Part shown: in pieces, positions 31,841 to 42,100 of the stretch
How positions within the stretch are numbered: position 1 is the first letter of the stretch
Layout of the letters: every line of letters begins with the position of its first letter
Source of the DNA: an uncultured beta proteobacterium
GTDB lineage: Bacteria > Pseudomonadota > Gammaproteobacteria > Burkholderiales > SHXO01
Direction of reading: 5' to 3'
Assembly (NCBI GenBank): GCA_963772865.1
Contig: CAVYZA010000023.1
Location: 18,664-82,663, forward strand
DNA: 64,000 bases
Notes under the pieces: model-generated
Databases searched by the model: none
Seen by the model: the letters and a program-made list of their open reading frames with translations, nothing else
What the model was told of the DNA's origin: nothing
Program-made: the position numbers and the translations under genes

Positions 31841-32782
31841 ATGGAAGACCTCTATCCGCCGATTGAGCCGGCGCAAAGCGGATGGCTCGAGGTTGGAGAC
31901 GGTCACCGCCTGTACTTCGAGGTGTGCGGCAACCAGCAGGGCGCGCCGGTCCTGTTCCTGCACGGTGGCCCCGGCAGCAGTACCAATCCCGGTCACCGCC
32001 GCTTCTTCGACCCGTCCTTCTATCGCATCGTCCTGTTCGATCAGCGCGGCTGCGGCCGGTCGACGCCGAGTGGCGAGATCCGCGCCAATACGACCGCGGA
32101 CTTGCTGGAAGACATCGAGCGCCTGCGCCAGCACCTGGGCGTGGAGCGCTGGCTGTTGTTCGGCGGATCGTGGGGGAGCACGCTGGCGTTGGCTTACGCT
32201 CAGGCGCATCCGCAGCGCGTGCGCGGCCTGGTCCTGCGCGGGGTGTTCTTGGCCACGGACGCCGAGGTGGCGTGGTTCGTCGAGGGGCTCCGACACTTCC
32301 TGCCGGAGGCGTGGGAGGCGCTCACGCGTGGCGTCCCGCAGCCGAGTTGTGAAGGCCTGATCGCGCACTACCACGAGGCGGTCGTACGCGGGGACATGTC
32401 GGCGGCGCAGCGCTGGAACGCGTACGAGAATGCGACGATGGCCGTGGGCGAGGCGGGATCGAGCGCGGCCGCGCCGCCCAGCCCCGAGTTGCTCGCGCGC
32501 GTGCGCGTGCAGCTGCACTACCTGGCCTCTCACTGCTTCCTCGAGCCCGACCAGTTGATGCGCGACTTGTCCCGCATCACGCACCTGGCCGCCGTCATCG
32601 TGCAGGGCCGCCGCGATCTGGCCTGCCCACCGGTCACGGCGTACACTCTGGCGCAAGCGTGGCCGGCAGCGCACTGGTGGATGGTGGAGGAGGCCGGCCA
32701 CTCGGCCATGCACCCGGCGCTGCGCGCGGCGCTGGTACGTGCGACCGAAGAGTTCAAGGCCGTTCTGCGCCCTCCGTCATGA
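31841..32782 (+). CDS. pip: prolyl aminopeptidase (proline iminopeptidase)
   Basis: Intact 313 aa: LYPPIEP, LHGGPGSS, DQRGCGRSTP, GGSWGSTLALAYAQAHP. Confidence 0.88.
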   Translation: MEDLYPPIEPAQSGWLEVGDGHRLYFEVCGNQQGAPVLFLHGGPGSSTNPGHRRFFDPSFYRIVLFDQRGCGRSTPSGEIRANTTADLLEDIERLRQHLGVERWLLFGGSWGSTLALAYAQAHPQRVRGLVLRGVFLATDAEVAWFVEGLRHFLPEAWEALTRGVPQPSCEGLIAHYHEAVVRGDMSAAQRWNAYENATMAVGEAGSSAAAPPSPELLARVRVQLHYLASHCFLEPDQLMRDLSRITHLAAVIVQGRRDLACPPVTAYTLAQAWPAAHWWMVEEAGHSAMHPALRAALVRATEEFKAVLRPPS

Positions 32783-34518
32783 GCCTGCGGGTCCGTCTCA
32801 ACCTGATCATCACCGCGCTGATCGCGCTGTTCACCCTGGTGACCGGCAAGATCATCGTCGACGATATGCGCAACTCCATCCGCGAAGAGATCGAAGCGGG
32901 CACGCGCGTGACCATGCAGCTGTTGACCGCCGTGCTCTATGAAAGCGATCTCGCACGCCAGCGCACCGGGCGCGAGCACGTGCTGCTGCCGTTCCTGGAG
33001 AATCTGGGGCGGGTGCGAGCGCATGAGATCGCCTTTTACGACGCCGCGGGCGGGCTGGTGTACCGCTCGCCTCCACCGGTCTACAAGGCCGGACGCGCAG
33101 CGCCCGCCTGGTTCACGCGCGTGGTTGGACCCGCACTGCCCGAAGTCGAGCTGAAGACCGGCGAGGGCCGCGTGTTGATCACGCCGGATCCCTCGCGCGC
33201 CATCCTGGATGCGTGGGACGACTTGAGCCGCCTCGCGTGGCTGCTGGTCGGATTCCTGCTGGTCCTCAATCTCGCAGTATTCTTTCTGCTTGGGCGCTCG
33301 CTGCGGCCGGTGCGCACGATTCTGTCCGGCCTGTCGCAGATGGAGCAAGGACGCTACCATGTGCGCCTGCCGGCGTTCGCCTTGCCGGAGTTCGACTCGA
33401 TCGGTCAGACTTTCAACCGCATGGCCGACGCGCTGGAGGAGAGCCATGCAGAAAACCAGCGGCTCGCGCTGGTGACCAAGCAGTCCAGCGACGCCATCAT
33501 GATCCACGATCTGGAGGGCAACATCTCGTTCTGGAACCCGGCCGCGGAGCGCCTGTTCGGTTATCGGGCGGAGGCGATCGTGGGGCGGTCGGCACGCCTG
33601 CTCACGCCGCCGGACCTGGAAGCCGAGCTGTCGGAGAATCTGGCGACCATTCAGGCCGGCGCGGTGATCGAGAACCTGGAGACGCGGCGAGTCGCGCAAG
33701 ACGGCCGTGTCGTGGAGGTCGCGCTGTCGGCGGCGCCGCTGGTCGATCCGGCCAGCAGCGAGGTGATCGGCGAGATCTGCAGCATGCGCGACATCACCGA
33801 GCACAAGCGCGCGCAGCAAACGGAAGCCGAGCTGGAGCAGAATCGCCGCTTCACCCAGGTGATCCAGACCCGGCTGGAGGAGGAGCGGCGGGTGATCGCG
33901 CGCGAGCTGCACGACGAGATGGGCCAGAGCGTGACGGCGATCCGCACGATCGGCGCCGCCATCGCCAACCGCACCGAGGGCAGCGACCCGCAGATCCATG
34001 CCAACGCCCGCACCATCGTGCAGGTGGCGGGGCACCTGTACGACGTGGTGCACGGCATCATCCGCCAGCTGCGGCCCAGCGCGCTGGACCATCTCGGCCT
34101 GCAGGATGCGCTGGAGGGCTGGGTCGAGACGTGGCGCACCCGCTATCCGGACGTCGCCGTGGACTTGACCCTGGAGGGCGAGCTGAGCGGTCTCGGCGAG
34201 ACGGTGAACATCACCGTCTACCGGATCGTCCAGGAGTGCCTGACCAACGTGGTCCGGCATGCGGGCGCGAATCGCGCTCAGATCAGCGTGCGGCGCACGG
34301 CCGAAGCGCTCGAGGTGCTCGTGCGCGACAACGGTCGCGGCCTGGGCGAGCGCAACGCCAACGAAGCGGCCCGTTTCGGCCTGATGGGCATGCGTGAGCG
34401 CGTCCAGGCCCTGCACGGCGAGTTCGAGCTGCTCACGCAGCCGGGTGCCGGGCTGAGCGTGCGGGCTCGGATCCCGCTCGTCGAGGCCGGGTCCGCGCAA
34501 CCCGCTGCCGCGCACTGA
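32779..34518 (+). CDS. sensor histidine kinase (TM-HAMP-PAS-HisKA_3-HATPase)
   Basis: ATG overlaps the pip stop (ATGA). PAS region: SSDAIMIHDLEGNISFWNPAAERLFGY. HisKA_3: RVIARELHDEMGQSVTAI. HATPase: NVVRHAGA, DNGRGL, GLMGMRERV. Confidence 0.85.
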   Translation: MSLRVRLNLIITALIALFTLVTGKIIVDDMRNSIREEIEAGTRVTMQLLTAVLYESDLARQRTGREHVLLPFLENLGRVRAHEIAFYDAAGGLVYRSPPPVYKAGRAAPAWFTRVVGPALPEVELKTGEGRVLITPDPSRAILDAWDDLSRLAWLLVGFLLVLNLAVFFLLGRSLRPVRTILSGLSQMEQGRYHVRLPAFALPEFDSIGQTFNRMADALEESHAENQRLALVTKQSSDAIMIHDLEGNISFWNPAAERLFGYRAEAIVGRSARLLTPPDLEAELSENLATIQAGAVIENLETRRVAQDGRVVEVALSAAPLVDPASSEVIGEICSMRDITEHKRAQQTEAELEQNRRFTQVIQTRLEEERRVIARELHDEMGQSVTAIRTIGAAIANRTEGSDPQIHANARTIVQVAGHLYDVVHGIIRQLRPSALDHLGLQDALEGWVETWRTRYPDVAVDLTLEGELSGLGETVNITVYRIVQECLTNVVRHAGANRAQISVRRTAEALEVLVRDNGRGLGERNANEAARFGLMGMRERVQALHGEFELLTQPGAGLSVRARIPLVEAGSAQPAAAH

Positions 34519-34530
34519 TGGGGCTGAGCG

Positions 34531-35175
34531 GTGGGTGAGCGGGCCATCCGGGTGATGCTGGTGGACGACCATGCCGTGGTCAGGATGGGCTTTCGCCTCC
34601 TGCTGCAGGGCACCCCCGACATCGAGGTGGCGGCGGAGGCGGACAGCGGGGAGGAAGCGGTCCGGCAGTTCCCGGAGGTACAGCCGGACGTGGTGGTGAT
34701 GGACATCTCCATGCCCGGTATCGGCGGGCTCGAGGCGATCGGCCGCATCCTGGCACGCCAGCCGGCGGCGCGTGTGCTGGTTCTGTCCGCGCATGAGGAC
34801 GCGATGCACGCGCGGCGGGTGCTCAAGGCGGGAGCGGCCGGATACCTCACCAAACGCAGCGCCGCGGAGGCACTGATTCAGGCGATCCGTCAGGTCGCCC
34901 AGGGCAAGACGTTCCTCGAAGGCAGCATCGCTCAGCAGCTCGCCATGCAGCAGCTCTCCGGTGAGCAAGGCCCGGTGGATATGCTGAGCGAAAAGGAGTT
35001 CAAAGTCTTTCTGGCGCTGGCCGAAGGACAGTCGGTGGCGGAAATTGCCGAGGTCATGTCGCTGAGCCCGCGCACCATCGGCACCCATCTGTACAACATC
35101 AAGCAGAAGCTGGGCGCCTCGAACCAGGCCGAACTGGCGATCATCGCCATCCGTGCCGGTCTGGTTCACCCGTGA
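34531..35175 (+). CDS. NarL/FixJ-family (LuxR-type HTH) response regulator
   Basis: IRVMLVDDHAVVR, VVVMDISMPG, LSEKEFKVFLALAEGQSVAEIAEVMSLSPRTIGTHLYNIKQKLG. Confidence 0.88.
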   Translation: MGERAIRVMLVDDHAVVRMGFRLLLQGTPDIEVAAEADSGEEAVRQFPEVQPDVVVMDISMPGIGGLEAIGRILARQPAARVLVLSAHEDAMHARRVLKAGAAGYLTKRSAAEALIQAIRQVAQGKTFLEGSIAQQLAMQQLSGEQGPVDMLSEKEFKVFLALAEGQSVAEIAEVMSLSPRTIGTHLYNIKQKLGASNQAELAIIAIRAGLVHP

Positions 35176-35231
35176 ATAGCGCCTGCCGGCGCGCGGTTGC
35201 TGCGCCGCAATGTCAGCAAACAGGCGCGGAT

Positions 35232-35248
35232 CTCATGAAAATCATGAG
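35232..35248. promoter_or_regulatory. 17-bp palindrome CTCATGAAAATCATGAG upstream of pqqA copy 2
   Basis: Identical to the reverse complement of 30099..30115. About 120 nt upstream of pqqA copy 2. Confidence 0.5.
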
Positions 35249-35368
35249 GCACGAATCAGCGATTTGCGCTGGCCGCCACGCCTGCCGATCTGGAGAATGA
35301 CCCCTGAAGCAAAGCAACACCCCCGATCCGAGGACTGTTGTTTACCCCTACCAATGAGGAGAGACGCT

Positions 35369-35440
35369 ATGTGGACCAAGCCTGAATTCACCGAAATGCG
35401 CTTCGGCTTCGAAGTGACGATGTACATCTACAACCGCTAA
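35369..35440 (+). CDS. pqqA: PQQ precursor peptide PqqA (23 aa), copy 2 (orphan)
   Basis: GAGGAGAGACGCT-ATG, then [23 protein letters not shown]. The 72 nt are identical to the reverse complement of 29833..29904. A strong terminator follows. Confidence 0.88.
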   Translation: MWTKPEFTEMRFGFEVTMYIYNR

Positions 35441-35460
35441 CCGCGGACTGTAGTGACCAG

Positions 35461-35488
35461 AAGGGCTGCCGCAGGCAGCCCTTTTTGT
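35461..35488 (+). terminator. rho-independent terminator after pqqA copy 2
   Basis: AAGGGCTGCC-GCA-GGCAGCCCTT followed by TTTGTTTG. Confidence 0.8.
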
Positions 35489-35622
35489 TTGTCCGTGCGG
35501 GGATCTGCTGCTGCTCCAGACGCGCGGCCGCCGCTCGCGTCGTCAACGAGGGCAGCCTGCGACGCCGCACAGACAGTTTGCTACGATAGCGCACGGACAA
35601 CCCGCACAGGGCTCGATTCCAT

Positions 35623-36169
35623 ATGGACAACAAGACGGAGCGCGGAGCGCTACCACAACTTCGCCATCTTCCTGCACTGGCTGCTCGCGATCGGTGTCTT
35701 CGTGATGATCGGCCTGGGCTGGTATATGACCGGCATCCCCAAGGGAACCCCCGATCGCGCCTTCTGGTTCAACCTGCACAAGTCGATCGGCGTCACGCTC
35801 GGGGTGCTGGTGCTGATCCGCGTGTGGTGGCGGCTGACCCACAAACCGCCGGCGCTTCCCGCGTCCATGCCAAGCTGGGAGGTGACCGCTGCCAAGATCA
35901 GTCACCGCCTGCTGTATGCCTGTCTGATCATCATGCCGGTGGTTGGCTTCGTCGGCTCCAACTTCACCAAGTACGGCGTCAAGTATTTCGGCATCCCGAT
36001 CGGGCCGTTCTTCGCAGAGAACCAGGCGGTGCGCGATGCGCTGGCGGAAGTGCACGAAATCACCTCGTATGTGCTGGTCGCGGCGATCGTCGTTCATGTC
36101 CTCGCCGCATTCAAGCACCTGGTCCTCGACAAGGACCGCGTCTTCGAACGCATGCTGCCGGGCAGATAA
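35623..36169 (+). CDS. cytochrome b561 family protein (frameshift within the first ~10 codons)
   Basis: ERYHNFAIFLHWLLAIGVFVMIGLGWYM..LHKSIGV..SHRLLYACLIIMPVVG..HEITSYVLVAAIVVHVLAAFKH. ATG 35623 (MDNKT) is out of frame with the body. Confidence 0.75.
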
Positions 36170-36187
36170 AGAGACCGGCGCACCCGC

Positions 36188-37310
36188 CTAGCCGGGTGCG
36201 GGGGAGGCGGAATCTCCAGCCGGGTCGGCGTCCCGCGGGAAAACCACGATGTGGTCGGTTTCGAGCCGCACCCCGATGGCCTGCCCGATCGGGTGGTTGT
36301 GATGGCTGGGCACCAGCGAGAGCACTTCCGACCCGCTGGGCAAGGCGCAGCACGTACAGGATATCCGCGCCGCGGAACGCCTTGCTCAGCACCTGCGCCT
36401 GCAACCGGCTGGAATCGTCGTGCACGACGTCGTCCGGGCGCAGCAGCACGTCGACCAGCAACGGCCGCTCCGAGTGCTTGCCACCGCCGTTCGCGAACGT
36501 AACCTCGCCGGTCAGCACGCCCAGCTCGAGCTCGACCTGATCGGCCGCCGTCACGCGCCCCGGCACGAGCCTGCCCTGGCCGACAAAGTCGGCCACGAAA
36601 CGGTTGCCGGGACGGTGGTAGAGGTTGTAGGCCGTGTCGTACTGTGCGATGCGCCCTGCCTGCATGACGCCGATGCGGTCGGCGAAGGCGAACGCCTCGT
36701 GCTGATCGTGCGTCACCAGCACGGCCGTCGCGCCCTGCGACTTGAGCAGGTTGCGCACTTCCACCGCCAGGCGCTCGCGCAGGTCCACGTCGAGGTTGGA
36801 GAACGGCTCGTCCAGGAGCAGGAGGCGAGGGCGCGGTGCGAGCGCACGGGCCAGCGCCACCCGCTGCTGCTGTCCTCCCGACAGCTCGTGCGGGTACTTG
36901 GCGGCGCAGTCTTCCAGCCCGACCGCTGTCAGCAGCTCGCTGACACGCAGGTCCCGGGCCGCGCGCGCAAGGTGAGTCAGGCCGAAGCCGACGTTGCCGG
37001 CGACACTGAGATGCGGAAACAGTGCGTAGTCCTGGAATACCATGCCGATGCGGCGCTGCTCGGGCGGCAGCTGGAAGCCGGGCCGGCTCACCACCTGGCC
37101 GTCGAGCAGGATCTCGCCGCCCGTCACGGGCTCGAAGCCTGCCACACAACGCAGCAGCGTGGTCTTGCCGCAGCCACTGGGCCCCAGCAGGCAGGCGATG
37201 TCACCGGCGGACAGCGCGAAGGACAGCGCATCGCAGACGCGCTGCTGGCCGTAGGAATGAGTGAGATCGCGCACCTCGAGCAGCGGCGCGCCGGAGCTGG
37301 GCGGTTGCAT
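36188..37310 (-). CDS. ABC transporter ATP-binding protein (Fe3+/polyamine-import type; frameshift near 36345)
   Basis: LLGPSGCGKTTLLR (Walker A), LSGGQQQRVALARAL, LLLLDEPFSNLD, and the C-terminal TOBE-like part. The last ~50 aa are in another frame and end at TAG 36188. Confidence 0.85.
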
Positions 37311-37430
37311 TTGAGGACGCAAGTATAGCGGCGCGGCGCGCGACTTCAGGTCCCGGCTAGAATACGCGGGCATTCGCCGCAGTGCCGTTCCGCAGAGTGG
37401 CGGCAGGGCTGCAGCCTCGACGACTCTCTC

Positions 37431-39101
37431 TTGACTCCTTCCGATAGCTTGCTGATCGCCCCCGCTCCGGTGCGTGTGACTGCACGCGGACTGGGCACCG
37501 CGGCGGTGCTCGTCGCCGCGGTGCTCGCTCTCCCGGTGGCCGGGCTCGTCCTCGGTGCGCTGGCACCCGGCGTCTCCGGCGTCTGGTCGCACCTGCTGCA
37601 CTCCGTCCTGCCACGCTACGTCGCCAACAGCGTGGTCCTGGCCGTGTCTGTAGCTGTCGGTTCAGCGGTCCTCGGCACCGCGTGCGCGTGGCTCATCGCT
37701 GCGTTCGAGTTTCCGGGCCGGCGCTGGCTGGCGTGGGCGCTGGTGCTGCCGCTCGCCATGCCTGCGTACGTGGTCGCCTACGCCTACACCGATCTGCTGC
37801 AGTTCAGCGGTCCGGTGCAAACCTGGGTGCGCGAGGTGACCGGCTGGCGCGCCCGTGACTACTGGTTCCCGGAGATTCGCTCGCTGCCCGGTGCGGCGTG
37901 TCTGCTCGTGCTGGTGCTCTATCCCTACGTGTACCTGCCGGTCCGTGCGGCCTTCGCCGAGCGCTCGCCCAACCTCCTGCATGCTGCGCGGCTGTCTGGC
38001 CTGAGCGGCTGGCGGGCGTTCCTGCGTGTGGCGTTGCCGCTGACCCGACCGGCGCTCGCAGCCGGAGTAGCACTGGTGGGGATGGAGACGCTGGCCGACT
38101 ATGGGGTGGTGTCGTACTTCGCGGTGGAGACGCTGACCACAGGCGTGTTCAAAGCCTGGTTCAGTCTCGGCGACAGTGCGGCTGCGTCGCAGCTCTCGCT
38201 CATGCTGCTGGGTGTCGTGATCCTCATCCTGTGGCTGGAGCGCGCATCGCGAGGGCGCGCGCGCTTTCACGGCGCCGGCATTGCCAGCGCGCCGCCTCGC
38301 AATCTCGCGGGCCTGAAGGGGTGGAGTGCGGCGCTGGCTTGCCTGGTCCCGGCGGTGCTGGGGTTCTTCCTGCCGGTCGCGATTCTGCTGCACCTTGCAT
38401 GGCAGGAAACCACCCTCGGTGCGCTTGGCCGCTATGCCGGTCTGGTTGCAAACAGCTTCAAGGCGGCGGGGCTGGCGGCTGGCCTGGCGGTCATCGCGGC
38501 GCTCGTCCTTGCCTACGCGGCGCGCTTGCAGCCCCGCGCTGCGGTGGTCTTCAGCGTACGCTTGGCGGGCCTCGGCTATGCGGTGCCAGGAGCGGTCCTG
38601 GCGGTGGCGACCCTGGTGCCGCTGGCGCGCTTCGACAATGCGCTCGATGCATTCGTGCACACGCATTGGGGCGTGAAGACCGGACTGCTGCTGACTGGCA
38701 GCATCGCTGCTCTGGTGTATGCGTATGTCGTGCGCTTCCTGGCGCTGGCGCTGAGCAACGTCGAGGCCGGTCTGGCCCGCATCACCCCGGCCATGGACGA
38801 GGCCGCGCGCACGCTCGGCTGCAGTCCGATCGGTGCGGCCGCGCGCGTGCATGCGCCGCTGCTGATTCGGGGACTGCTGATCGGCGCGTTGCTGGTATTC
38901 GTGGATGCGTTGAAAGAGCTGCCCGCGACGCTGGTGCTGCGGCCGTTCGACTTCGACACGCTGGCGACCCACGCCTACAACCTGGCGAAGGACGAGCGAC
39001 TCGGCGAGGCCGCGTTGCCCAGCCTCACGATCGTGCTGGTGGGCCTGCTGCCGGTGCTGCTGGTTTCGAAGGTGCTCGCAGCGAACCGCGCGTCGCGCTG
39101 A
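37431..39101 (+). CDS. iron(III) ABC transporter permease (two-domain, FbpB-like)
   Basis: Intact 556-aa polytopic ORF with duplicated permease halves (ARLSGLSGWRAFLRVALPLTRPAL and ARTLGCSPIGAAARVHAPLL). Confidence 0.8.
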   Translation: MTPSDSLLIAPAPVRVTARGLGTAAVLVAAVLALPVAGLVLGALAPGVSGVWSHLLHSVLPRYVANSVVLAVSVAVGSAVLGTACAWLIAAFEFPGRRWLAWALVLPLAMPAYVVAYAYTDLLQFSGPVQTWVREVTGWRARDYWFPEIRSLPGAACLLVLVLYPYVYLPVRAAFAERSPNLLHAARLSGLSGWRAFLRVALPLTRPALAAGVALVGMETLADYGVVSYFAVETLTTGVFKAWFSLGDSAAASQLSLMLLGVVILILWLERASRGRARFHGAGIASAPPRNLAGLKGWSAALACLVPAVLGFFLPVAILLHLAWQETTLGALGRYAGLVANSFKAAGLAAGLAVIAALVLAYAARLQPRAAVVFSVRLAGLGYAVPGAVLAVATLVPLARFDNALDAFVHTHWGVKTGLLLTGSIAALVYAYVVRFLALALSNVEAGLARITPAMDEAARTLGCSPIGAAARVHAPLLIRGLLIGALLVFVDALKELPATLVLRPFDFDTLATHAYNLAKDERLGEAALPSLTIVLVGLLPVLLVSKVLAANRASR

Positions 39102-39120
39102 GCAGTCCTCGGGCCCGCGC

Positions 39121-40179
39121 CTACTTCCAGCCGACGCGATCGACGATGCGCTGAGCCGCCGCCAGGTTCTTGCCGAGCTGCGCGGCGTTCAAGGGATCGG
39201 CTTTGAACGTTCCCAGGGAAGCGAGCTCGGGGTTCTTGGCCGCAGCGGTCTTGACCACCGGCCACTCGTTGTTGCCGGTGGCGAAGTAGGCCTGGGCGGC
39301 GTCGCTCGCCAGGTATTCCAGGAAGCGGACCGCGTTTTCGCGGTTGGGGGCGTTGCGCATCAGCCCTCCGCCCGAGATGTTCATATGCGTGCCGTAGCCC
39401 TTCTGGTCGGGCCACACCAGGCCCACCTGCGCGGCCACGGCTCGTTCCTCGGGCTTGGCCGAGCGCATCAGGCGCACCAGGTAGTAGCTGTTGGTGAGTG
39501 CGATGCCGCATTCGCCGGCCGCCACGGCCTTGATCTGGTCGGTGTCGCCTCCGCGCGGCGGGCGCGCAAAGTTGGCGACCACGCCGCGCGCCCACTCCTC
39601 GGTCTTCTGCTCGCCGTGATGCTCGATCATCGCGCTCACCAGCGCGAGCATGTAGGGATGCGAGCCCGGGCGCGTGCAGACCTTGCCCTTGTTCCTCGGG
39701 TCCGCCAGGCTCTCGTAGCTCGGCACATCCTGCGGCTTCACCGCCGCCTTGTCATAGACGATGACGCGCGCGCGGCTGGAAAACCCGAACCACATCCCGT
39801 CGGGATCGCGAAACTCGGGCGCGATGCGCTGCTCGAGGACCTTCGAGCGCACCGGCGCGAACAGGCCCAGCTGCTCGGCGCGCGCCAGACGCGCTGCATC
39901 CACGATCAACAACACGTCGGCCGGGCTGTTGGCGCCCTCGTTGCGGATCCGCTCCAGGAGTGCGTCGTCGCCAGCCTCGATGCGATTGATCTCGATGCCG
40001 GTGGCTTTGGTGAAGTTCGTGTACAGCGCTTCGTCGGTGTCGTAGTGGCGGGCGGAGTACAGATTGACCACCTGGTCCTGCACGGACCTGGCCGGCTGGG
40101 ACGAGGTGACCACGAGCGCGAGCAGCGCCAGCCGGGCGTAGCGCAAGGGTGCGTGGGTTGGTTTGGAGCTTGCCGTCAT
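39121..40179 (-). CDS. Fe(3+) ABC transporter substrate-binding protein (FutA/IdiA/FbpA-like)
   Basis: Signal peptide MTASSKPTHAPLRYARLALLALVV, then VNLYSARHYDTDEALYTNFTKATGIEIN, DVLLIVDAARL. ATG overlaps the upstream FTR1 stop (ATGA). Confidence 0.82.
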   Translation of the reverse strand: MTASSKPTHAPLRYARLALLALVVTSSQPARSVQDQVVNLYSARHYDTDEALYTNFTKATGIEINRIEAGDDALLERIRNEGANSPADVLLIVDAARLARAEQLGLFAPVRSKVLEQRIAPEFRDPDGMWFGFSSRARVIVYDKAAVKPQDVPSYESLADPRNKGKVCTRPGSHPYMLALVSAMIEHHGEQKTEEWARGVVANFARPPRGGDTDQIKAVAAGECGIALTNSYYLVRLMRSAKPEERAVAAQVGLVWPDQKGYGTHMNISGGGLMRNAPNRENAVRFLEYLASDAAQAYFATGNNEWPVVKTAAAKNPELASLGTFKADPLNAAQLGKNLAAAQRIVDRVGWK

Positions 40180-42068
40180 GCGCGGTTGGTGTGGCCACGG
40201 AGGTAGAAATAGCCGCCCACGATCAAGAGCACCAGAACGACCTGCAGGGCGATGCCCTGAAGATTCGGATAGATGCCCAGCAGCGGGATGGTGGGGAGGT
40301 CGATCGGCGAGGCGGGCAGCCGCCCGGCGGCCTGCAGCGCCGCGATGCCCTGGCCCGCAAATACCACCGCCATGACGGCGATGAACAGCGAGCTGACACC
40401 GAAGAAGAGCGACAGCGGCAGCCGGATCGACAACCGGATGATGAGCCACGCGAGCACGATCAGGCCGACCACGCCGGTGGCGAAACCGGCCAGCACGCCG
40501 CTGCGGCCTGCGGCGTCCGATTGCAGCCACAGCGCCTGATAGAACAGCACGGTCTCGAACGCTTCGCGGTACACCGCCAGGAAGGACACCAGTGCGATGC
40601 CCCACCAGTTGCTGGTGCTGCGCTCGATCTGGGTCTTGATGAAGGCGCTCCACTTCTGCGCGCTGGACTTGCTGTGCAGCCAGAAGCCGACGTACAGGAG
40701 CACCGCCGAAGACAGTAGGGCGGTGACGCCTTCGGTGACCTCGCGCTGCGCGCCGCTGATGCTGATGATCTGGCTGGACACGGTCCAGGTCACCGCGCCG
40801 AGCAGCAATGCGGCGATCCAGCCACCGTGCAGCCACACCAGGCCATCGCGGCGGCCGGTCTTGATCAGAAACGCGGCCATTGCCGCGACCACCAGAAGCG
40901 CTTCCAGGCCTTCCCGCAGGATGATCACGGCCGAGCTCACCCAGTTCGATGCGGCCGAGATCCCATGCGACCCGGTGAGTGTTCGCGCCTCGTCGAGCAG
41001 CGCGACCGCCGTGCGGTAGGTGCTTTCCACCTGAGGAGCCGCGCCGGCCTTGAGGGCATTGCGATACGCCATCATCGCCTGCTCGGTGCGTGCGCGCAGG
41101 TTGCGATCGACGTTGTCGATGCTGCCCTCCGCCAGCTCGAAGCCCTCCAGGTAAGCCGTCACCGCGAGTTGATAGGCGCGCTCGGGCTCGCCGGCGCGAA
41201 AGGCCGTCAGGCTCTGGTGCATGGTGGCGATGCTGAAGTCGATGGGTGCGCCCGGTGAAGCCGTCTGCAGCGCGGTGGGCCGACTGCGCAGGTACGCGAG
41301 AATGGCCGCTGTGTTTCCTCCCTGGGCCTGGGCCTCGGCAGGGGTCATCGTGACCAGGCGCGACAAGTCAGTAAAGTCTGCGCGGCCCTCGCCGTCTTTC
41401 CACGCGGCTTCTCCCTGCTGGCGCTCGGTGTCGGCAGCCGAAAATTGGCTGACATAGAACGCCAGCTGCCAGCGCTGATCTGCGTTCGACTGAGTGAAGG
41501 CCGGCATCGACGTGCCCGCCACCCCGAGACTGATCGTGTTGTACAGGCCATACACGCTGCGTTCGGCGGCGCGCGCTCGATCCGTGAAGTTGCTCGGTGC
41601 CGGCTCGAGACCGGTGGCCTGGGGTCCCTTGCCGTTGCCCAGGGCGCCGTGGCAAGCCACGCAATTGGCGGCATAGAGGGTGGCCGCGCCGTCCAAGTCC
41701 GGCGCCTGTTTGGGCGCTACGGCGATCGCGTAGTCCGCGATCAAGCCGCGCTGGATCTGCCGCGCCAGCGCAATGACCTGGGCTCCGTCCCCCTTGGCCT
41801 GGATGAGGGCGTGCAGCTCACCGGCGCGCTCCTCCCAGCGGGTGCGGGCCGGGTTGTCGGGGAGCTTGGCGATGAGCTCGCGCACCTGCGCCGAGAACTC
41901 GACCTGCTCGGCGTACTCCCCGGCGTCGAGTACCTTGCCGTGCTGCACGAACGACGGGTACTCGACGGCGACGTAGTCGAGCAGGTTGAGAACGGTGTCG
42001 GCGGCCTTGTCGTCGGCGAGGAGCGAGGCTGGAAACAGCAGGGCGAGGAGGAGCAGCAACGGTCTCAT
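40176..42068 (-). CDS. cytochrome c / FTR1-family iron permease fusion protein
   Basis: Intact 630 aa. Signal peptide, a periplasmic domain with the haem motif CVACHG, then a polytopic FTR1 domain with REGLE (ILREGLEALLV) and a second REAFE motif. Confidence 0.85.
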   Translation of the reverse strand: MRPLLLLLALLFPASLLADDKAADTVLNLLDYVAVEYPSFVQHGKVLDAGEYAEQVEFSAQVRELIAKLPDNPARTRWEERAGELHALIQAKGDGAQVIALARQIQRGLIADYAIAVAPKQAPDLDGAATLYAANCVACHGALGNGKGPQATGLEPAPSNFTDRARAAERSVYGLYNTISLGVAGTSMPAFTQSNADQRWQLAFYVSQFSAADTERQQGEAAWKDGEGRADFTDLSRLVTMTPAEAQAQGGNTAAILAYLRSRPTALQTASPGAPIDFSIATMHQSLTAFRAGEPERAYQLAVTAYLEGFELAEGSIDNVDRNLRARTEQAMMAYRNALKAGAAPQVESTYRTAVALLDEARTLTGSHGISAASNWVSSAVIILREGLEALLVVAAMAAFLIKTGRRDGLVWLHGGWIAALLLGAVTWTVSSQIISISGAQREVTEGVTALLSSAVLLYVGFWLHSKSSAQKWSAFIKTQIERSTSNWWGIALVSFLAVYREAFETVLFYQALWLQSDAAGRSGVLAGFATGVVGLIVLAWLIIRLSIRLPLSLFFGVSSLFIAVMAVVFAGQGIAALQAAGRLPASPIDLPTIPLLGIYPNLQGIALQVVLVLLIVGGYFYLRGHTNRA

Positions 42069-42100
42069 CGGCGGTCTCGTGGCGGCAGGGCCTTGGTGTG

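Noticed and set aside
35210-35440. 76-aa ORF containing pqqA copy 2 at its C-terminus
   Set aside because: The upstream 53 codons have no counterpart at copy 1. A good SD (GAGGAG) precedes the internal ATG. PqqA peptides are about 23-30 aa.
39121-40836. 571-aa ORF extending the Fe3+-binding protein upstream
   Set aside because: The extension overlaps the FTR1 permease gene out of frame and is Arg/Ala/Gly-rich. The real start is the ATG at 40179, with a signal peptide and ATGA coupling.
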